Source of the DNA: Convolutriloba macropyga
Taxonomy: Eukaryota
NCBI RefSeq assembly: GCF_964194025.1
Contig: NC_134479.1
Span: forward strand, 28,892,001-28,956,000
Length of the DNA stretch: 64,000 nt
Reading direction: 5' to 3'
A program made the position numbers and the translations under genes. The notes beneath the pieces were generated by a model. The model was given only the letters and a program-made list of their open reading frames with translations, had not been told where the DNA came from and did no database searches. Positions 59,101 through 64,000 of the stretch are shown here, piece after piece (the first letter of the stretch is position 1; every line of letters starts with the position of its first letter).

Positions 59101-62100
59101 ATTTTCTTTTATTTTTAGGCGGTTGTTGGTAGCAGTTGGCAGGTTTCTGGAAATTTTTATGAATTTTATGCTAAATCGGATATTTTTCATGTATTTTGCT
59201 GATTTTTGGGCTAATTTTTGCGACTTTTGGACTTTTGTTTTGTTTTACTGCCTCAAATGGGTATTGAAAAGACCCCTATTACTTGAGAAATTTTTAGTTA
59301 ACAATTAGTTGCAGTTTTGTGGACATGAAGCAATTTTTTGTTGAGAAATATGACGAAAAATAGCGAAAATTGGAACTATTTTTCTTTTTTTTTGGGAAAT
59401 TTTTCTTTTTTTTTGTCGGTTCTTTAGATACATTTCTAAGCCTATTATGACTAGCCTATTGTTTTGCGATCATATGGATACCCTATTGGCTGAAAAGAAT
59501 TTGTCTTTGGGTTTTTTGTGTATTTCTAAAAAATCTATTAACTTTTTCCTTTTTTTAGTCAAAGTTGTTTGGAAGAGCTTATTTTTAAATTAGAGCAAGT
59601 ATTTTTAAAACTTCTCATGAGTAGTTTTAGTAGGTTTTAGTTGTGTTGATGAAGTAATTTTAACAGAGATGGTTATTTCGGGGTCTCGATTGACGACAAG
59701 TTTTGATAAGATTTTTCATCATATTCTAAAAGGCTTGATTTTCTTAACTTTTTTGTTTTATGGTTTTGTTTCAAGATAATCCTAAATTAGTGGAGGCACG
59801 TTTTGGCTGATGAGTAGTTGAATGGCATTTAAATGGATTTCCACTTCGAGTTGTTTTTCTGGAATTCTTCCGGCTATGTTTTTTTTTAAGATCTGTTCAC
59901 ACATTTTCATGATTTTTGAAGTCAAATTGGAGTAGTGATTTTGGTCACGCCGAAACAGGAAGTGGAGCGAAAAAGCGAGTGGTTTTGCGGCGTGAAATTT
60001 TTTTGCTCTAAATTTAAATTAGAGTGAGAAACCGGTGTTTGAACAAGAATTCGCTTTCTCGGTAGTGGTTTCTTGTTCACGTGCGGCAATTTCACTTTAA
60101 TTTTTAGTTTTTTTCGATTTTTTGGATCGGATTTTTTTCTAAATGGTTTTCCCAATCCATTCATAGTCCGTTTTTGGTCTAGTTTTCTGTTTAGTCAATG
60201 AAAATTCTTTGAATTGTACGCCAGGACTTGTCCTGCTATGTTTTATTTCGTCGTCAGACGTCACAGCCACTTTTTGTTTGGCCACATTTGACTTACCTCA
60301 CTCTCAAAAATGACTTCAATTTGAAAATGACTTTTTCTTACTTTGAATCAAAGAGATAAGGTCAAATGGGTGTGTGTCACTCTAAATGAGTGTTATTTGA
60401 AATCAGCTAATAGAGGCAGCAATAACTTATACCGATTTCTAATCAAAATATAACAGATCAGCCTTCAATGAAAAGACGAATTTTTTTGGGTCTGTCTTTT
60501 TTTAATAGCCGCACAGCGATAGCTGGGGCTATTATTGGCCTTCTCTTGGTTTTTTTCGTCGTCATGATTTTTGTTACGACCATATGACGTCACAGCCACT
60601 TTTTGTTCATTAGTTCATGCAATTTCAACTGAATTGCACGTGTGACGTCATTTTTCGCTCATAGTTGAGCGAGGTTTTTTGTTCATGCGCGTGATTAAAT
60701 TTTTGGCCACATTTGACTTACCTCACTCTCAAAAACGACTTCCTCAATTTGAACTTGACCTTTTCTTACTTTAAATCAAAGAGACAAGGTCAAATGGTTG
60801 TGTGTCACTCTAAATGAGGGTTATTTGATATCAGCTAATAGAGGCAGCAATAACTTATACAGATTTCTAATCAAAATATAACAGATCAGCCTTCAATGAA
60901 AAGACGAATTTGTTTGGGTCTGTCTTTTTTAGTAGCCGCACAGCGATAGCTGGGGCTATTATTGGCCTTCTCTTGGTTTTTTCGTCGTCATGATTTTTGT
61001 TACGACCCTATGACGTCACAGCCACTTTTTGTTCATTAGTTCATGCAATTTCAACTGAATTGCACGTGTGACGTCATTTTTCGCTCTTAGTGGAGCGAGT
61101 TTTTTTTGTTCATGCGCGTGATTAAATTTTTGGTCACACTTGATTTACCTCACTCTCAAAAATGACTTCCTCACTTTGAAATTGACCTTTACTTTAATTC
61201 AAACAGATAAGGTCAAATGGGTGTGTGTCACTCTAAATGAAGGTTTTTTAAGATCAGCTAATAGAGGCAGCAATAACTTATACAGATTTTTAATCAAAAT
61301 ATAACAGATCAGCCTTCAATGAAAAGACGAATTTTTTTGGTCTGTCTTTTTTACTGTTTTTTTCAGACTGCCGATCTACAAATCTATTGCGGCTATTTTC
61401 TGGCAATCTGCCAGCTATGTTACTGTTTTTTTAGACTGCCGATCTACGAATCTATTGCGGCTATTTTCTGGCAATCTGCCAGCTATGTTTTATTTTTACT
61501 TGTTTTGATTTTTTACTTGTTTGATTTCTTTTGTTTCACTCATTAGAAATGGGTATTTGCTCGACACTGCGTTCCAGCAAAGTTTCCAGGCTGTCCTGGA
61601 AAAAGATTCATTTGTTCTAGGAAAATATTTTCTGCGTTTCTCTATGAACGGATCTCAGCCTTTTTAATTTCTCTCGAACGAAGTTCGAAGCAATTAATGT
61701 AAACGTTTTGGTCTTTTTATGCAAAGTTTTGCTTGAAAGTTGTTACTTTTCGAGTGGCTTTTACGCCCTTGACTTTTTCGTTTTTGCGTGATCTAAATTT
61801 GCTGTCATTCACAAGTGTCAGCAGCGGAACTCAAGTGGCGTCCGTTCACTACTGAAAGTCAAATGAAAAGTGCGCCAAATTTGGTAATTTTGCTTTAAAT
61901 TTTTTTTAGTTGCTATAGTTGTACATAAAAACCACTAATGTCGGAATTTGAAGCCCCTTTTGTGAATTTAATTACTTTCCCCCTCACTGGACTGAAGTCG
62001 GCTGCAATATCTTTGAGCTCACACTAATCGTTTGATAGCTGTTCTGACGTTAGTCGGTTTTGGTCTTCTTAGGAATATATTAGCTGCAAATGTAATAACG

Positions 62101-63715
62101 AGCATAGGTAGATCTTAAGAAGTTAATTGTAGTAAATGTACAACAATCAATCTAAAAATATTTTGCCACGATTAAATTGTATTTTAGTTCACTTAAATAG
62201 CTGATTTGAATAATAGGCGTCATGTGACAGAAAAAGGCTACATTATCTATGGACCCAAAAAGCTATGAAAGTTTAAGTTGCACTAGGCCAACGTACATTG
62301 ACGTCAAAGAAGTACTCGACAAATTTAGTTGGTGTAATTTTGCAACAGCTGCTGCCTAGAATAAAGTTGACAATTCCAATATTTGAATTTTAGTATCATC
62401 CATGTTTTTGAGTTTTTAGTCGTATCACAATCAGTCTAAAGGATCTGATCTTATTGTTCAAAAAGGAAATAGAAAAAAATAGAAAAAATGTTTAAACAGG
62501 AAAATGGTCTTAAATTGCGTACAGATGCGCATTATAGATCATTAGTCTAAAAACGTAATGTGGTATAACTAAAGAGCTCCAGCTATTTGTAAAGAAAACT
62601 AATATGATAAGGAGTTAGTATAAAAACTAAAAACAGTTAAAAAGGCTACGAAAGCAGAGCAATAGATTTTTGAACTGATTTACTGATTTAACAATAGTTC
62701 TTGATTCAAAGTAATGAAGCCTTAAAAATGTTTTAAAATAACGTAAAAAAACAAGTCCCTATTTGCTGAAGAAAAATTGCCTCCCATATCTATTCCCTTG
62801 TTTTTTAAAAATATGTTGGAACAGTAAGTTCATTAAAGATGTTTCAGTAAATATGGCCACAGAAATTGTTAACTAGTCTAGAGTTGATTTTTATCATTAG
62901 TTTTATTATTTATTTATCTACTCGAATGGTAATTATTGCGACCATTTCGTGCGATGCTCATGCTACAGCCAACCAATTATTTTGCAGCTCTGCTGGCTAT
63001 CAATTGGCTGTTTTTCTCTATTTTAATAAATTGCTCTCAAATGGAGTTTAACAATTATAGTCCTGCGGGCTTTATTAATGAAGCCCGGAGCACGAGAGCT
63101 TCTCAGTAAGCCGCTGAGAATTTCTCGTACTCTTAGAACGTTACTGGTGTCTAAATGAACACTTTATCAAAGCTGCTGAGAGGACATAAATTAATGGTGT
63201 GAAGTGTGAAGTGCAGTTGTTTGGCGTAATAAAAACTGCAGTTCATTCCAACCCCCCCCCCCCCCTGCGTGCCCCATTCAGCTGCCCAACATCCTAAGGC
63301 ACCACTTTTGCTATTCCATCACTTTCCCATCTCGGAGCAATTCGCCCGACATTAGTGGATAATTTAACTTTGTTCGCTTCGGTTCTGAGTTCTTAAGATG
63401 GACCTTTATTGAAGTCAATAATTTGGGTTTGCCAAACAAAAGAGTTGTCGAGTAGATTCAATTAAAGCAATTCTTATAGTAATCCAGTAGTCTCCTCATC
63501 GCTTCGTATGTTTCAGATGCTGAGCTCTCTTAGTCAAGAGAACAAACTTCTCAAATCGGAACTGCAATCTCTATCCCAAGAACTGCACACTGCTCTGAAC
63601 AGACAACGAGAGGCAGAGAGTAGATTGAGAAGACTTAACGAAGACTATGACGTCAAATGCCAAGAAGCCAATGAGATGTTCAATAAGTGGCAGAATGTCG
63701 AAATGGATATGACTG
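56118..63715 (+). CDS. GOLGA5: Golgin-84 (GOLGA5), 5' part. Exons 56118-56305, 56864-57066, 57617-57768, 58182-58277, 63517-63715; continues beyond the window
   Basis: N-terminal NWFSSLASKAENVLNQIDESAATALS motif and coiled-coil start LSSLSQENKLLKSELQSLSQEL. Introns are GT-AG and phase-consistent. Confidence 0.85.
58717..59878 (+). mobile_element. Longer family A Helentron-type element with a different internal sequence
   Basis: Typical family A head. Degenerate tail ttttctggaattcttccggctatg followed by a T run. Confidence 0.55.
60245..61487 (+). mobile_element. Cluster of three nested or tandem family A elements
   Basis: Heads at 60504 and 60931, a headless body from ~60245, and tails ending at 61419 and 61487. 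Confidence 0.85.
61665..62062 (+). mobile_element. Helentron-type family B element in GOLGA5 intron 4
   Basis: Head aatttctctcgaacgaagttcgaagcaatt and tail cgtttgatagctgtt-ctgacgttagtcgg. Confidence 0.65.
63029..63362 (+). mobile_element. Helentron-type family B relative with C-rich tract
   Basis: Head aattgctctcaaatggagtttaacaatt and tail ggagcaattcgcccgacattagtgg. Confidence 0.55.
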
Positions 63716-63950
63716 GTTTGTTAAATTTAGTCAAGATCACTACGTAATACTTTTTGCTATTGTGTGAAATGGTATTAAGCTAATGTTTTAGTATGAGTCT
63801 TGTTAATTGCTGTCAAACAGTTTGTAGCTGTTGTCTGGGTCCTTTTAATTTTCTTTCTCAATGATTTTTTGTCTGATCATTGTTTGTCGGACTAATTTGA
63901 AGCGCCAAAAATTAAGTCTAAAAGACTAAAATGTGTATAAATTAGTTATT

Positions 63951-64000
63951 AATAGCCGCCTCAGCTTCTCAGTCGGCTATTATAGCGCTCCTATTTTTTT
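63951..64000 (+). mobile_element. 5' end of a family A element, cut by the window edge
   Basis: aatagccgcctcagcttctcagtcggctatt. The paralogous sequence at ~45320-45335 shows the empty site. Confidence 0.75.

Noticed and set aside
11871-63516. Terminal stems as a general rule for all introns
   Set aside because: Apart from TMEM205 intron 1, only short or wobble-containing pairings were found, which are expected by chance in AT-rich DNA.

Overview
AT-rich, intron-containing eukaryotic DNA from an invertebrate animal; the species cannot be determined from sequence alone. Four host genes can be reconstructed exon by exon. (1) An ERG/FLI1-type ETS factor with PNT and ETS domains on the minus strand, 11110-21258. 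(2) A FAM228-like gene nested antisense in its intron 4, with two GC-AG introns. (3) A TMEM205/DUF4149 gene whose 4.9-kb first intron appears to be GG-AG and is closed by an 11-bp terminal stem. (4) The 5' part of GOLGA5 (golgin-84). Most of the remainder is mobile DNA. An L2/CR1-group LINE sits inside an old CRE relic. A near-intact 4.24-kb CRE-clade (RT plus restriction-like endonuclease) retrotransposon has a 15-bp TSD and an unexpected architecture: SGNH-esterase ORF1, a PHD finger fused to the RT ORF, a putative sense-strand intron and no poly(A). There is a decayed FLYWCH-MULE, a non-autonomous EnSpm-like element, and a 4.76-kb tandem duplication with a templated junction insert. Two Helentron-type (HINE/DINE-1-like) non-autonomous families self-nest, carry a tRNA-like module, appear to have transduced a GOLGA5 exon, and are embedded in 370-bp and 1.45-kb tandem arrays. 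The first 5 kb holds a co-oriented cluster of small decaying ORFs of unknown, possibly viral or transposon-cargo, origin. All assignments come from reading motifs by eye; no searches were run.
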